The notes under the pieces: model-generated | Told to the model about the DNA's origin: nothing | Database searches by the model: none | Seen by the model: the letters and a program-made list of their open reading frames with translations, nothing else | DNA from: Clostridia bacterium | GTDB taxonomy: Bacteria; Bacillota; Clostridia; Oscillospirales; CAG-272 | Length of the DNA stretch: 64,000 nt | Direction of reading: 5' to 3' | NCBI GenBank assembly: GCA_017451915.1 | Contig: JAFTNJ010000031.1 | Span: 14,656-78,655, forward strand | Program-made: the position numbers and the translations under genes | Part shown: in pieces, positions 43,467 to 52,921 of the stretch | How positions within the stretch are numbered: the stretch's first letter is position 1 | Layout of the letters: each line of letters starts with the position of its first letter

Positions 43467-45083
43467 ATGGCTATGGACGTTGCAAAGCTGATCGACGCGG
43501 GGCAGGCCACCCTTGGCATTGAGTTGGGCTCTACCCGTATCAAGTCGGTCTTGATCGATCAAAATGGAACGCTGCTGTTTTGCGGCAGTTACACCTGGGA
43601 AAACCGATGGGAGAAGGGAATCTGGACCTACCGTATGGAGGATGTGATCACGGGTCTGCAAAGTAGCTACGCCGATCTTGCAAGGCAGGTCAGAGAGAGC
43701 TGTGGAGTAACGCTTCGAAGCCTTCGCGCCATCGGTATTTCGGGAATGATGCATGGATACCTGCCCTTTGACGGGGCGGGCGGCCTTTTGACCCCCTTCC
43801 GCACCTGGCGCAACACGATGACCGCCCAAGCCAGCCACGTTCTGGGGCAACGGTTTCACTTTCATATTCCCCAGCGATGGAGCATCGCCCATCTGGGGCA
43901 GGCAATGCTTGCGCGGGAGGCGCACGTGGAAAGCATCCGCTCGCTGACCACCCTTGCGGGCTACGTGCATCGGCTGTTGAGCGGCGAATTTGTGATTGGC
44001 ATCTGCGAGGCCAGCGGAATGTTCCCCGTAGACCCCAAGACTAAAACCTACGATGCCGCCATGGTGGCCGCATTTGAGGACTTTGCCAAGGAAAACGGCT
44101 ACGGAATCGACCTCAAATCGATGTTGCCCCGGGTTCTGCGCGCTGGCGAGCCTGCCGGTGTGTTGAGTGAAGCGGGAGCCGCTTTGTTGGATCCTACGGG
44201 GAATCTTTTGGCGGGGATTCCCATGTGTCCTCCCGAGGGAGACGGCGGCACGGGAATGGTGGCCACCAACAGTGTACGTCCGGGGACGGGAAACGTCAGT
44301 GCAGGTACCAGTATTTTCGGAATGGCGGTGTTGGATCAACCTCTGCGCGGTGTGTACGAGGAGCTGGACGTACTGTCCACCCCTGCGGGCAGTCCCGTGG
44401 TGATGGTACATTGCAACAACGGGACGGGAGAGATCGACGCGTGGGTCTCCTGCTTTGAGCAGTTGTCCCACGCCTGCGGAATATCTTTGACCAAGACACA
44501 GATCTACGACGCGCTGTATCACGCGGCATTGGAGCCCTCTGCCGGGGACATGGTAGTGTATAACTACCTCTCGGGGGAGCATATGACCAACGTGGAGCAG
44601 GGCGTGCCTCTGCTGATGCGTGCTCCGGGAGCGGTGCTGGATCTCCCGGGCTTTGCCAGAGCCTTGCTTTATTCAACCCTGGCCACGCTTCGCATGGGCA
44701 TGGATCTCCTCCGAGAGCAGGAGGCCGTGCGCCTGACCTCCATGTCGGCGCACGGCGGCCTCTATAAGATCCCCGCGGTGGGACAGAAGATCACTGCCGC
44801 CGCGCTGCGCAGTCCCGTGACGGTTATGGAAACGGCAGGGGAAGGCGGTGCCTGGGGCATGGCTTTATTGGCATTGTATATGGCAGACCGAGGCGAGAAC
44901 GAATCCCTGGAGGAATATCTGGAAACACGGATCTTTGCCACCTGTCGCAAACGCGTGGAGGCGGTGGACGATGCTCTTGCCGACGATTTTGACCGTTATA
45001 TGACCGCCTTTCGTCAAGGCCTTGCCACCGAGCGGGGGGCCATTGCGGCGTTTTCCCTCGGGAAAGAACCCTCGAAAACATAA
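43467..45083 (+). CDS. FGGY-family carbohydrate kinase (xylulokinase-like)
   Basis: The N-terminus reads LGIELGSTRIKSVLID. A GGGAGG RBS precedes ATG 43467. Confidence 0.65.
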   Translation: MAMDVAKLIDAGQATLGIELGSTRIKSVLIDQNGTLLFCGSYTWENRWEKGIWTYRMEDVITGLQSSYADLARQVRESCGVTLRSLRAIGISGMMHGYLPFDGAGGLLTPFRTWRNTMTAQASHVLGQRFHFHIPQRWSIAHLGQAMLAREAHVESIRSLTTLAGYVHRLLSGEFVIGICEASGMFPVDPKTKTYDAAMVAAFEDFAKENGYGIDLKSMLPRVLRAGEPAGVLSEAGAALLDPTGNLLAGIPMCPPEGDGGTGMVATNSVRPGTGNVSAGTSIFGMAVLDQPLRGVYEELDVLSTPAGSPVVMVHCNNGTGEIDAWVSCFEQLSHACGISLTKTQIYDALYHAALEPSAGDMVVYNYLSGEHMTNVEQGVPLLMRAPGAVLDLPGFARALLYSTLATLRMGMDLLREQEAVRLTSMSAHGGLYKIPAVGQKITAAALRSPVTVMETAGEGGAWGMALLALYMADRGENESLEEYLETRIFATCRKRVEAVDDALADDFDRYMTAFRQGLATERGAIAAFSLGKEPSKT

Positions 45084-45087
45084 AAGC

Positions 45088-45120
45088 AACGGAGCGGATC
45101 GTTCGTCGATCCGCTCCGTT
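45088..45120. terminator. Bidirectional terminator
   Basis: AACGGAGCGGATCG/CGATCCGCTCCGTT hairpin. Confidence 0.75.
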
Positions 45121-45123
45121 CCA

Positions 45124-46704
45124 TTATGATAGCTTGATATGCTCCAGGGTCTTCCTTACGCAATCCGAGATCTTGACGGTGCCCACCTTGAAGATGGACG
45201 TGTGCAGAGTGTCTTGAATGGGCTTGGTCCAAGTCTCGGGGATGCTTTCGATGCCATAGGCCATGCCCAGAACAGAGCCCACCGTGGCACCGTTGCAATC
45301 GGTATCAAAGCCGGTCTCCACCGCCATGCAGATCGATTTTGCAAAATCCCCCTTGCCATAGAGCAGGGCGGCGGCCACGATCATGGCGTTGGAAATGGTG
45401 TGGCACCAATCGTGGGAGCTGTTTTCGTCGTATGTTTGGTGGATGCTTTTAAAGCATTCCTTTTGCGTAACGCCGCCCCGATAGCCCTCCAAGACCGAGG
45501 TGATCTTCTCATACAGGCGGGAGGTGTGGGGAATCTGTCCCAGACCCCCGGAAATGATCTTTTCGGGATCCCTTGTGGTGGCGGCCACGGCCAGCATGGC
45601 GGCAACCCACATCTCTCCGTAGATGCCGTTCTTAATATGGGAGATTGAGGCGTCACGCCAGGCCATTTCCGCGGCAAGCTCGGGGTTCCCGGGATTGATA
45701 TAGCCAAAATAATCGCCTCGGATCTGTGCCCCGATCCACTCACGGTAGGGGTTTTTATAGATCGCGGACTCGGGAGGGGTATAGCCGTTGACAAAATTGC
45801 AAAAGGCGACCCGCTCGGCGGTGCAGTAGGCATCCTTGCTCTGCCATTTCATCCATGCCTGCGACACGTCATAGGGGGTAAAATCTCTGCCGTATTTGGT
45901 GATCAGCTTTTGGGCGAGAACCGTGTAGTTGGTGTCGTCGTCCACGGGCATACCGTCGATCTCGTCGGCGTATTGCTTGCCCGCAAAGGCGTAGCGATAC
46001 TTTTCCGTGGTTTCCGGGGTGATGTCGCTTCGGTAAATGTATCGGTGCATGGGATAGTTCCCCGATTCGGTGAGGAAGGGGATCAGCTCCGCGGTGCGAA
46101 CTCCCTCAATGGGTTTGCCCAGCATACAACCGCAGATTCTTCCCATCCACGCCCCGGCGATCCGACGTTCCAAGTCCTCGCCCACGGGGGAAAGCGGCTT
46201 GTCGGAGGGCTTTCGCAATTCTCGGATCCGCTCCAGGTCGGAGGGCTCAATATAGGGGTAGCCCTCCTTTTGCTTGGCCCCCATGACCACCTCAAACAGA
46301 ATGTCCCCCAGCTTTTTCTTGATCTCGTTTTGGGGCAGGGCGGCAACCGCGCGGAAAATCTCCTCGTAGGCTTCCATATCCAAGCCCTCCTCAATGGATT
46401 GCCGATACTCGGTGCGCAGATTGGAGGGGTAGAACTCCCATCGGTGGATGTTGGGGTATTGGGGCTTGATTTCACGGTTTTTGCTCATTTCCTCCACAAT
46501 GCGGTTGTCGTTTCCCAGGATCAGAGCGTCCAAAGAGACGTCAAAGTATTTGGAGATCTTGACGAGCCTTTCCAGATCGGGCGTCGAGAGCCCGTTTTCC
46601 CATTTTTGAACCGATTGCTGGGAGACCCCAAAGAGCGTGGCGAATTGCTCCTGGGTCAGCTTGGCTTCGGTTCTCAGTTTATTGATGGCGTTGCCAACGG
46701 TCAT
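45124..46704 (-). CDS. Fusion of an XRE-type HTH domain with an ADP-ribosylglycohydrolase-family domain
   Basis: N-terminal HTH (LRTEAKLTQEQFATLFGVSQQSVQKWENG). ARH motifs are present (GAWMGRICGCMLGKPIEG, VDDDTNYT, GFDTDCNGATVGSVLG). An AGGAGG RBS precedes ATG 46704. Confidence 0.75.
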   Translation of the reverse strand: MTVGNAINKLRTEAKLTQEQFATLFGVSQQSVQKWENGLSTPDLERLVKISKYFDVSLDALILGNDNRIVEEMSKNREIKPQYPNIHRWEFYPSNLRTEYRQSIEEGLDMEAYEEIFRAVAALPQNEIKKKLGDILFEVVMGAKQKEGYPYIEPSDLERIRELRKPSDKPLSPVGEDLERRIAGAWMGRICGCMLGKPIEGVRTAELIPFLTESGNYPMHRYIYRSDITPETTEKYRYAFAGKQYADEIDGMPVDDDTNYTVLAQKLITKYGRDFTPYDVSQAWMKWQSKDAYCTAERVAFCNFVNGYTPPESAIYKNPYREWIGAQIRGDYFGYINPGNPELAAEMAWRDASISHIKNGIYGEMWVAAMLAVAATTRDPEKIISGGLGQIPHTSRLYEKITSVLEGYRGGVTQKECFKSIHQTYDENSSHDWCHTISNAMIVAAALLYGKGDFAKSICMAVETGFDTDCNGATVGSVLGMAYGIESIPETWTKPIQDTLHTSIFKVGTVKISDCVRKTLEHIKLS

Positions 46705-46735
46705 ATGCGCGCCTCCTTTGGTTGGAATTTTCTCT

Positions 46736-46764
46736 ATTATATCACAATTCCGAGCGATGCGCAA
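46736..46764 (-). promoter_or_regulatory. Promoter of the HTH-ARH gene
   Basis: TTGCGC-N17-(TGa)TATAAT. Confidence 0.55.
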
Positions 46765-46835
46765 GAAACCGGACATTGTTTTTGATACAACCGTGGGTTG
46801 TGAAGGCTGTTCGTGTCATTTTTCAAAAAAACATC

Positions 46836-46864
46836 TTGTTTTTCCATGCTTTGTATGCTATAAT
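46836..46864 (+). promoter_or_regulatory. Promoter of the esterase gene
   Basis: TTGTTT-N17-(TGc)TATAAT. Confidence 0.55.
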
Positions 46865-46899
46865 GGCCTTGTATTTCATTCGCTTTTGAGGTGGATATT

Positions 46900-47583
46900 A
46901 TGAGATTTGAAGAATGTACGTTCAAGACCATCAACTATCTGGTTCGCTATCCCGACGGCTACGAGCCCGGCAAGAGATGCCCCGTGCTGATCTGCATCCA
47001 CGGAGCGGGGGGCAGAGGCGGCACCTATGAGCAGTTCAAGACGCATCCCGAAATGTCCCATTCCGCCAAGATGGAGGGCTTTCCCTTTGTGACGGTGGCA
47101 CCCATCTGCCCCAAGGCTGACGGTACGTGGTTCGATTATTTTGAGACCTTGAAGGATCTGATCCGACACGTTGTGGCGCAGGATTATGCCGATCCCTCCC
47201 GCGTCTACGCCATGGGCGCCAGCATGGGAGGCTATACCACTTGGGAGATCGCCATGAGTATGCCCGAGTATTTTGCCGCCATCGTTCCCGTCTGCGGCGG
47301 CGGAATGTACTGGAACGCGGGACGGCTGAAGAACGTTCCGGTTTGGGCGTTCCACGGAAAGCTGGATCCCACGGTTCTGGTGGAGGAATCCGAAAAGATG
47401 GTAAACGCCGTGAACAAAAGGGGCGGTTGCGCCAAGCTGACGGTCTATCCCGAGAACAAGCACGACGCGTGGAACGATACCTACTCCAATCCCGCCGTTT
47501 ACGAGTGGATGCTCTCCCACAGGAATGAGAACGCCAAGGTACTCGAAAACGAATACAGCGACAACATCAAGGAGTTTGGCTGA
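46900..47583 (+). CDS. Alpha/beta-hydrolase (carboxylesterase / dienelactone-hydrolase-like)
   Basis: Nucleophile elbow GASMGG, with the later motifs HGKLD and NKHD. The GTG at 46891 lies inside the GAGGTG RBS, so I prefer ATG 46900. Confidence 0.7.
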   Translation: MRFEECTFKTINYLVRYPDGYEPGKRCPVLICIHGAGGRGGTYEQFKTHPEMSHSAKMEGFPFVTVAPICPKADGTWFDYFETLKDLIRHVVAQDYADPSRVYAMGASMGGYTTWEIAMSMPEYFAAIVPVCGGGMYWNAGRLKNVPVWAFHGKLDPTVLVEESEKMVNAVNKRGGCAKLTVYPENKHDAWNDTYSNPAVYEWMLSHRNENAKVLENEYSDNIKEFG

Positions 47584-47584
47584 T

Positions 47585-47634
47585 AAAAAAGCCTCTGCTC
47601 ACTTCCCGTGGGAAGTTGGGCAGAGGCAATTTTG
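47585..47634. terminator. Bidirectional terminator
   Basis: GCCTCTGC..ACTTCC/GGAAGT..GCAGAGGC hairpin with A- and T-run flanks. Confidence 0.75.
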
Positions 47635-47637
47635 TAA

Positions 47638-48222
47638 TCAGGATCCCGACGGCTTTTGAGCGGCGTGTTGACCGCAGACGATGAACCACACCAGGATCAC
47701 GATGCTGGCGATAAAAATAAATACCGAGTTTATGATGTCATTCGCATGAAGGATCCCGTGACAGAGCAGGGAATAAACAAAATAAATGACGGTGCATACC
47801 GTAAAGGCACGAAAATCGTAGGGCGCGATCAGGGCAACGCTTACCAGCACGATCACTGCGGAAAGAAGCTCACCGAAGGCCTCTCCAAAATAGAGATGGT
47901 CTCCAAAGAAGATCGACATTAAAAAGAAGATCATGCCAAACACCAACAGCACGATCCCTGCCAACGGACGAAAGGGGATCGCACTCCGCAGGGGCGACGC
48001 GGGCGTCTCGGCAGGTGCCTTGGGGCAATCCTCAAAGACCAGCTCGTCCAGCGTAACGTCAAACAGCAGGCGCATCTTGATCAGCTTGTCCAGATCGGGA
48101 ATGGCGGTGTTGTTCTCCCATTTGGAAACCGACTGGCGGGATACCTCCAGTACCTCTGCAAGCTCGGTCTGTGACCAGCCCTTCAATGCGCGCAGTTTAT
48201 AAATATTTCCGCCTAAGCTCAT
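47638..48222 (-). CDS. Membrane-anchored XRE-family HTH protein
   Basis: An HTH (LRALKGWSQTELAEVLEVSRQSVSKWEN) is followed by about four hydrophobic segments. A GGGAGG RBS precedes ATG 48222. Confidence 0.7.
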   Translation of the reverse strand: MSLGGNIYKLRALKGWSQTELAEVLEVSRQSVSKWENNTAIPDLDKLIKMRLLFDVTLDELVFEDCPKAPAETPASPLRSAIPFRPLAGIVLLVFGMIFFLMSIFFGDHLYFGEAFGELLSAVIVLVSVALIAPYDFRAFTVCTVIYFVYSLLCHGILHANDIINSVFIFIASIVILVWFIVCGQHAAQKPSGS

Positions 48223-48374
48223 GGCATACCTCCCAAACAGGTTTGTGATTCGTTCCGTCGGGGGTTCCAACGGTGTTTTTAGTATAACAGATTTTGAATG
48301 TAAAGTCTACCAACCCAAGTTGGAAATTCCGCAACTTGCAGTTGCACCGCGAAAAAACGCTGTTTTTTGAAGGG

Positions 48375-49223
48375 TTAAAAGATCTTTCGGTATTCTCCCG
48401 GCGTGTGTCCCGTGTGGCGGCGAAAGATTTTGGTAAACTGCTGGGGGTCCCCGAAGCCGCATTGCTCGGAGATCTCCCGCGTGGGCAGAGAGGTGGTTTG
48501 CAACAGGTGAATGGCGCGGGTGATGCGGGTGCGCAGAAGGTAGGCGTGCAGCGTCATCCCCGTGGTGCGCAGCAGCAACCGGTTGACGTAGTTGGGATGA
48601 AAGTTCAGGGCACTGCCAATGGCGGCGTTGGAGAGGGGCTCGGCGTAATGCGCATTGATGTATTCCATGATCCGCTCCACCGTGTCGGAGTGCTTGGGAG
48701 GCTGCAGGAGCATGGCATACAGATCCACCAGTAGCAGCTTCATTCGCGCGGAATTGCGCAGATCGTACAGCGGTGTGGCCGCGGTGTAGTCCCGCTCCAT
48801 GCTCTCAATGGATTCGGCAAAGAGAGGGGCGTGAAGCATCAGGGGCTGGCGGAAGGGAAGCTCCTGCAGGTCCTGCGGCGGCTCAACGCATTGCTCTTCC
48901 CGAAACTCCTCGGGCAACGAGGGGAAGATGGGAACCGTTCTGTGCGCTCCCCGTCGGGTAAAATCAAAATTGATGCCTACCGCGTAGGTGGTTTCCTTTA
49001 TTTTTTCAAAGGCGTAGGGAAGTCCGGCCGGCAAAAAGAGCAGGCTTCCTTCATTTGCATCAAAGACGCCTTGCCCTGCGCGCAGGGTAAAGCCTCCCCG
49101 CAGGACGTAAAACAAGCGGTGGTCGTAGGCACAACGCAGGGTACGGGAATATTCGTTGGCAGGATCAAAGCAATGGGCGTAGCGGACAAAGGGATTGAGA
49201 TCCTCAAACTGGAGCGGGGACAT
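48375..49223 (-). CDS. AraC-family transcriptional regulator
   Basis: A cupin-like N-terminus and a C-terminal double HTH (FGDPQQFTKIFRRHTGHTPGEYR). Confidence 0.85.
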   Translation of the reverse strand: MSPLQFEDLNPFVRYAHCFDPANEYSRTLRCAYDHRLFYVLRGGFTLRAGQGVFDANEGSLLFLPAGLPYAFEKIKETTYAVGINFDFTRRGAHRTVPIFPSLPEEFREEQCVEPPQDLQELPFRQPLMLHAPLFAESIESMERDYTAATPLYDLRNSARMKLLLVDLYAMLLQPPKHSDTVERIMEYINAHYAEPLSNAAIGSALNFHPNYVNRLLLRTTGMTLHAYLLRTRITRAIHLLQTTSLPTREISEQCGFGDPQQFTKIFRRHTGHTPGEYRKIF

Positions 49224-49350
49224 CGGCTTTCCTCCTTGGAATGGTCATTCGGTTTATTTTTGACAACTTTTGGTTTGCATTCTCACTTTATTAAACCACA
49301 AATCCGTGATATAATCAAGAGGAAAAATGAAAAAAACAAAGGAGTTTTTT

Positions 49351-50811
49351 ATGATTGAGCGTATTTCTCCCAAAAAGACTACGGTGGGCGTGTTTGCCGT
49401 TGCCCACGGAACCTATCGGGGCCAGTTCCCCGGATTGATGGACAATCTCCTGGGCTATCACCGTGAATTTGTAAATATGTTAGAGCAAAACGGGGTCGAA
49501 ATTGTGGATGCCGGCATTGTGGAAACCAGTGCCCAGGGCATGGAAGCCGCCGAGACCCTGCGCAGAGGCGGAGTTTCCCTGATCTTTTGCAACATGATTA
49601 CCTACGCCACCTCCTCGGTGTTCGCTCCCGTACTTTGCGCCGACATCGCCCCCATGGTCTTGGTGGCTCTGCAGCCCAGAAGCGCTCTGGATTACGAAAA
49701 GGCCAACACCTTTATGCAGTTGGAAAATGACAACATCTGCTCGGTTCCCGAGTTTTACGGCGTGGCCGCCAAAATGAATCGGAAAATCCATGACGTGATC
49801 ATTGGAAAGCTCTATGGGGATTCCCGCGCCCAGGCCGAAATTGCCGAGTGGTGCACCATCGCCAAGGCACTGAACCGCTTGCACGGCGCCCGCATCGGCC
49901 TGATGGGGCACGTTCTGGAGGCGATGTACGATATGCACACCGATCCCACGCTGGTCTACAATGCCTTTGGCGTTCACGTTCCTCTTTTGGAGATCGATGA
50001 CCTGGCGGTAGAGTACCGCAAGGTGACCGAGGCGGAGGTGCAGGAGCAGATCGAGATCATCCGCAGAGAATTTGATATGCCCGAGCCCAAGTGCGATCCC
50101 GTAACCATGAAGCTGACCGAGAGCGATCTCTATGAGGCCGCCAAGTGCTCGGCTGCCCTGGAGCGTTTGCGCGTCGCCTACGATCTGGACGGCCTTGCCT
50201 ACTTCTATTCGGGAGCCGAGGGGAGCGAGAACCGAAAGATCGCGTCCTCCCTCATCGTTGGCAACTCCATTCTCATTGCCCGGGGCATTCCCATGTGCGG
50301 AGAGTATGACGTTAAGACCTGTTTGGCCATGATGATCCTGGACGCTATCGGCATTGGCGGCAGCTTTGCCGAGCTCCATCCCTTTGATTTTGACGGGGAT
50401 TGTATTCTGGTGGGACACGACGGTCCCCATCACATTCAGCTGGCCAACGGCAAGCCTGTCCTGCGCAGCCTGAAAAAGTATCACGGCAAGGACGGCAGCG
50501 GCGCGTCGGTGGAATTCAATCTTAAGACCGGCCCCTTCACCATGCTTGGCATCAACCAGGACGGCAACGGCGCCTTCCGTTTTATCATTGGCGAGGGAAT
50601 CTCCAACGAGGGCCCCATTCCCGCCACGGGCAACACCAACACCCGTGCCTCCTTCGCTCCCGATACGGTGAGCTTTGTGAAGGAGTGGTGCATGGCAGGA
50701 CCCACCCACCACTTTGCCCTTGGCACCGGTCGCTACGGTTCCACCCTGGTCAAGCTGGGCAAGGCGCTGGGATTGGAAACCATCTTTGTAGGAGAGAAGA
50801 ACCATGTATAA
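49351..50811 (+). CDS. Sugar isomerase of the L-arabinose/L-fucose isomerase family
   Basis: The length and N-terminal pattern (VGVFAVAHGTY...) fit the family. AAGGAG lies 6 nt before ATG 49351; ATG 49327 is an alternative start. Confidence 0.6.
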   Translation: MIERISPKKTTVGVFAVAHGTYRGQFPGLMDNLLGYHREFVNMLEQNGVEIVDAGIVETSAQGMEAAETLRRGGVSLIFCNMITYATSSVFAPVLCADIAPMVLVALQPRSALDYEKANTFMQLENDNICSVPEFYGVAAKMNRKIHDVIIGKLYGDSRAQAEIAEWCTIAKALNRLHGARIGLMGHVLEAMYDMHTDPTLVYNAFGVHVPLLEIDDLAVEYRKVTEAEVQEQIEIIRREFDMPEPKCDPVTMKLTESDLYEAAKCSAALERLRVAYDLDGLAYFYSGAEGSENRKIASSLIVGNSILIARGIPMCGEYDVKTCLAMMILDAIGIGGSFAELHPFDFDGDCILVGHDGPHHIQLANGKPVLRSLKKYHGKDGSGASVEFNLKTGPFTMLGINQDGNGAFRFIIGEGISNEGPIPATGNTNTRASFAPDTVSFVKEWCMAGPTHHFALGTGRYGSTLVKLGKALGLETIFVGEKNHV

Positions 50812-51997
50812 TATGCGTTTGTACGACTACGTCCCCGCGCCCAAGCCGGTAACCACCGATCGCATTGTGGCGGCCCATTACTATCCCTCCTGGAAACGGG
50901 GGGCGGCAGGGCTTCACAACGGCTTTGACGATCTTCACGAGTACCCCGAGCGCACGCCTTTGGTGGGCTACTACGACGGGGACAGCCCCGTGCTGGCCGA
51001 TTGGGAGATCAAATGGGCGCTGGAGCACGGCATCAACTGCTTTATTTATTGCTGGTACCGAAAGAAGAACAACATGGGCCTGCCGGTGACCCAAGAGGCC
51101 TTGCGCCTGGGGGAGAGCCTGCACGAGGGCTTCCTCAAGGCACGCTACAGTAAAATGATGCAGTTTGCCATCATGTTTGAGGTGCAGAACACCTGGGGCG
51201 CGGCGGCGGATCTTGCCGATCTGACCGAACATCTGATGCCCTTCTGGATCGAGGAATACTTTTCCAAGGAAAACTACCTCAAGATCAATAACTGTCCCGT
51301 GCTGTTCGTCTACGATTATCAAGATCAGCTCCTCAACTGCCTGGGCGGTCCCGAGGGACAGAGAAAGGCCTTTGACGCCTGCCGCGAGATTGCCCGTCAG
51401 CACGGCTTTGACGGGATGATCTTTTCGGTCGAGTACCGAAAGAACGATCTTTCCCGCCTGGAGGATTATCGGGCAAGCGGCTATGATTTCAGCTTTGCCT
51501 ACGCCTGGTCCATCAAGGATCCGGGATTGACCGACGAGCAGATTCTGTCGGCTCAACTGGAGCGTATGAAGGCACGTCTGGCGTCCTACGGAGATTTCTT
51601 CGTGCCCACGGCCTCCAGTATGTGGGATCCCTCCCCGCGCTTTATCTCCATGCCGCAGATGTACCCCCGGGAGCGGAATCCCTTACTTTGGAAGCTTTCG
51701 CCCGAGGACTACCGCCGCTTGCTGCGATCGATCAAGGAAATGACCGACGCTCTGGACGGGGATTGCATTGCCCGCAAAATGGTGATGTTGGACAACTGGA
51801 ACGAGTGGGACGAGGGACATTATCTTGCCCCCGGCGTGGAATTTGGCTTTGGTTATCTCCAGGCCGTGCGGGAGGAGTACACTCTGCGGGATAACCTCCC
51901 CGACTACCGTCTGCCCGACGTGATCGGCACGGGCGGCGTCAATACCCAATGGGCGGAGCCCGATTTTACGGACGTTCCCGCCCATCCCAAGAATTAA
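50804..51997 (+). CDS. Protein with a WbsX-like / GH99-like domain
   Basis: The patterns AAHYYPSW, GYYD..SP...DWEIKWALEHGINCFIYCWY and NWNEWDEGHYL are present. It overlaps the isomerase gene by 8 nt. Confidence 0.55.
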   Translation: MYNMRLYDYVPAPKPVTTDRIVAAHYYPSWKRGAAGLHNGFDDLHEYPERTPLVGYYDGDSPVLADWEIKWALEHGINCFIYCWYRKKNNMGLPVTQEALRLGESLHEGFLKARYSKMMQFAIMFEVQNTWGAAADLADLTEHLMPFWIEEYFSKENYLKINNCPVLFVYDYQDQLLNCLGGPEGQRKAFDACREIARQHGFDGMIFSVEYRKNDLSRLEDYRASGYDFSFAYAWSIKDPGLTDEQILSAQLERMKARLASYGDFFVPTASSMWDPSPRFISMPQMYPRERNPLLWKLSPEDYRRLLRSIKEMTDALDGDCIARKMVMLDNWNEWDEGHYLAPGVEFGFGYLQAVREEYTLRDNLPDYRLPDVIGTGGVNTQWAEPDFTDVPAHPKN

Positions 51998-52032
51998 TCG
52001 CTAACATCTTGCCCGAAGCAAAAGGAGGGCGT

Positions 52033-52863
52033 ATGGGAACACAATACCGCTTGCAATATCCAACCATCCCCGGGGTGCGTATGCACTATTACTATCAAAA
52101 GGATGCCCGACAGGTGGAGGCGCGGGTCTTTCCGCCCCACGTTCATGACGAGCTGGAGATCTACGTGCTGATTGAGGGAAACGCCTCCTTTATGGTGGAG
52201 GACCGTCTGTACGCCCTGGAGGAGGGAGACGTTATTGTCAGCAAGCCCAACGAGCTGCACAACTGTATTCTCAACGAATCCACGGTACACAAGCACCTCT
52301 GCTTTTGGTTTGACGTTTCCTCGGAGCTTCTCTTTGGGGAATTTCTCGCCCACGAGATGGGGCAGGGGAATCGCATCTCCCCTTCCAGAGAGGAAAAAGC
52401 CCGGCTTGCCGAGCTTTACGAGGCTCTTTGTTGCGCCGCGGAGGAGGGGCGGGAGCACCGTCAGCTCTATCTTGCCTTGGAGATGCTGGATATTCTCCGT
52501 CAAAACGCACCTGCGGAGGCGCGGGAGGTGGATCTGCCGCCGGTACTGTGCAGGATTCTGAATGACATGAACCGCAATTTTGCCGTCATTCCCGATCTGC
52601 AGTATTTCACCCATACCTATTACGTCAGCCAAAGCACCCTGAATCGGTGGTTTCAAAAGTATTTGCAAACCACGCCAAAGCTCTATTTGGAAACCAAACG
52701 GCTGGCTCACAGCCGTATGCTTTTGCGGGAGGGAAGGAGCGTGGCCGAAACCTGCGTTTCCTCCGGCTTTTCGGATTACTCCAATTTTATACGTCTGTTC
52801 AAAAAACGCTTTTCCATCACTCCCAAGGAATACCGGGACGGAAAGGTGAAGCAGGAAGAATAA
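52033..52863 (+). CDS. AraC-family transcriptional regulator
   Basis: Cupin N-terminus and a C-terminal HTH (GFSDYSNFIRLFKKRFSITPKEYR). An AAGGAGG RBS precedes ATG 52033. Confidence 0.85.
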   Translation: MGTQYRLQYPTIPGVRMHYYYQKDARQVEARVFPPHVHDELEIYVLIEGNASFMVEDRLYALEEGDVIVSKPNELHNCILNESTVHKHLCFWFDVSSELLFGEFLAHEMGQGNRISPSREEKARLAELYEALCCAAEEGREHRQLYLALEMLDILRQNAPAEAREVDLPPVLCRILNDMNRNFAVIPDLQYFTHTYYVSQSTLNRWFQKYLQTTPKLYLETKRLAHSRMLLREGRSVAETCVSSGFSDYSNFIRLFKKRFSITPKEYRDGKVKQEE

Positions 52864-52921
52864 ATCCACGGGGATGCGCCCCATGCACTCGGCATTGGGA
52901 ACGCATCCCCGTGGATTTTTT
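52862..52921. terminator. Bidirectional terminator with a long stem and a ~24-nt loop
   Basis: AAATCCACGGGGATGCG...CGCATCCCCGTGGATTT followed by a T-run. Confidence 0.7.
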
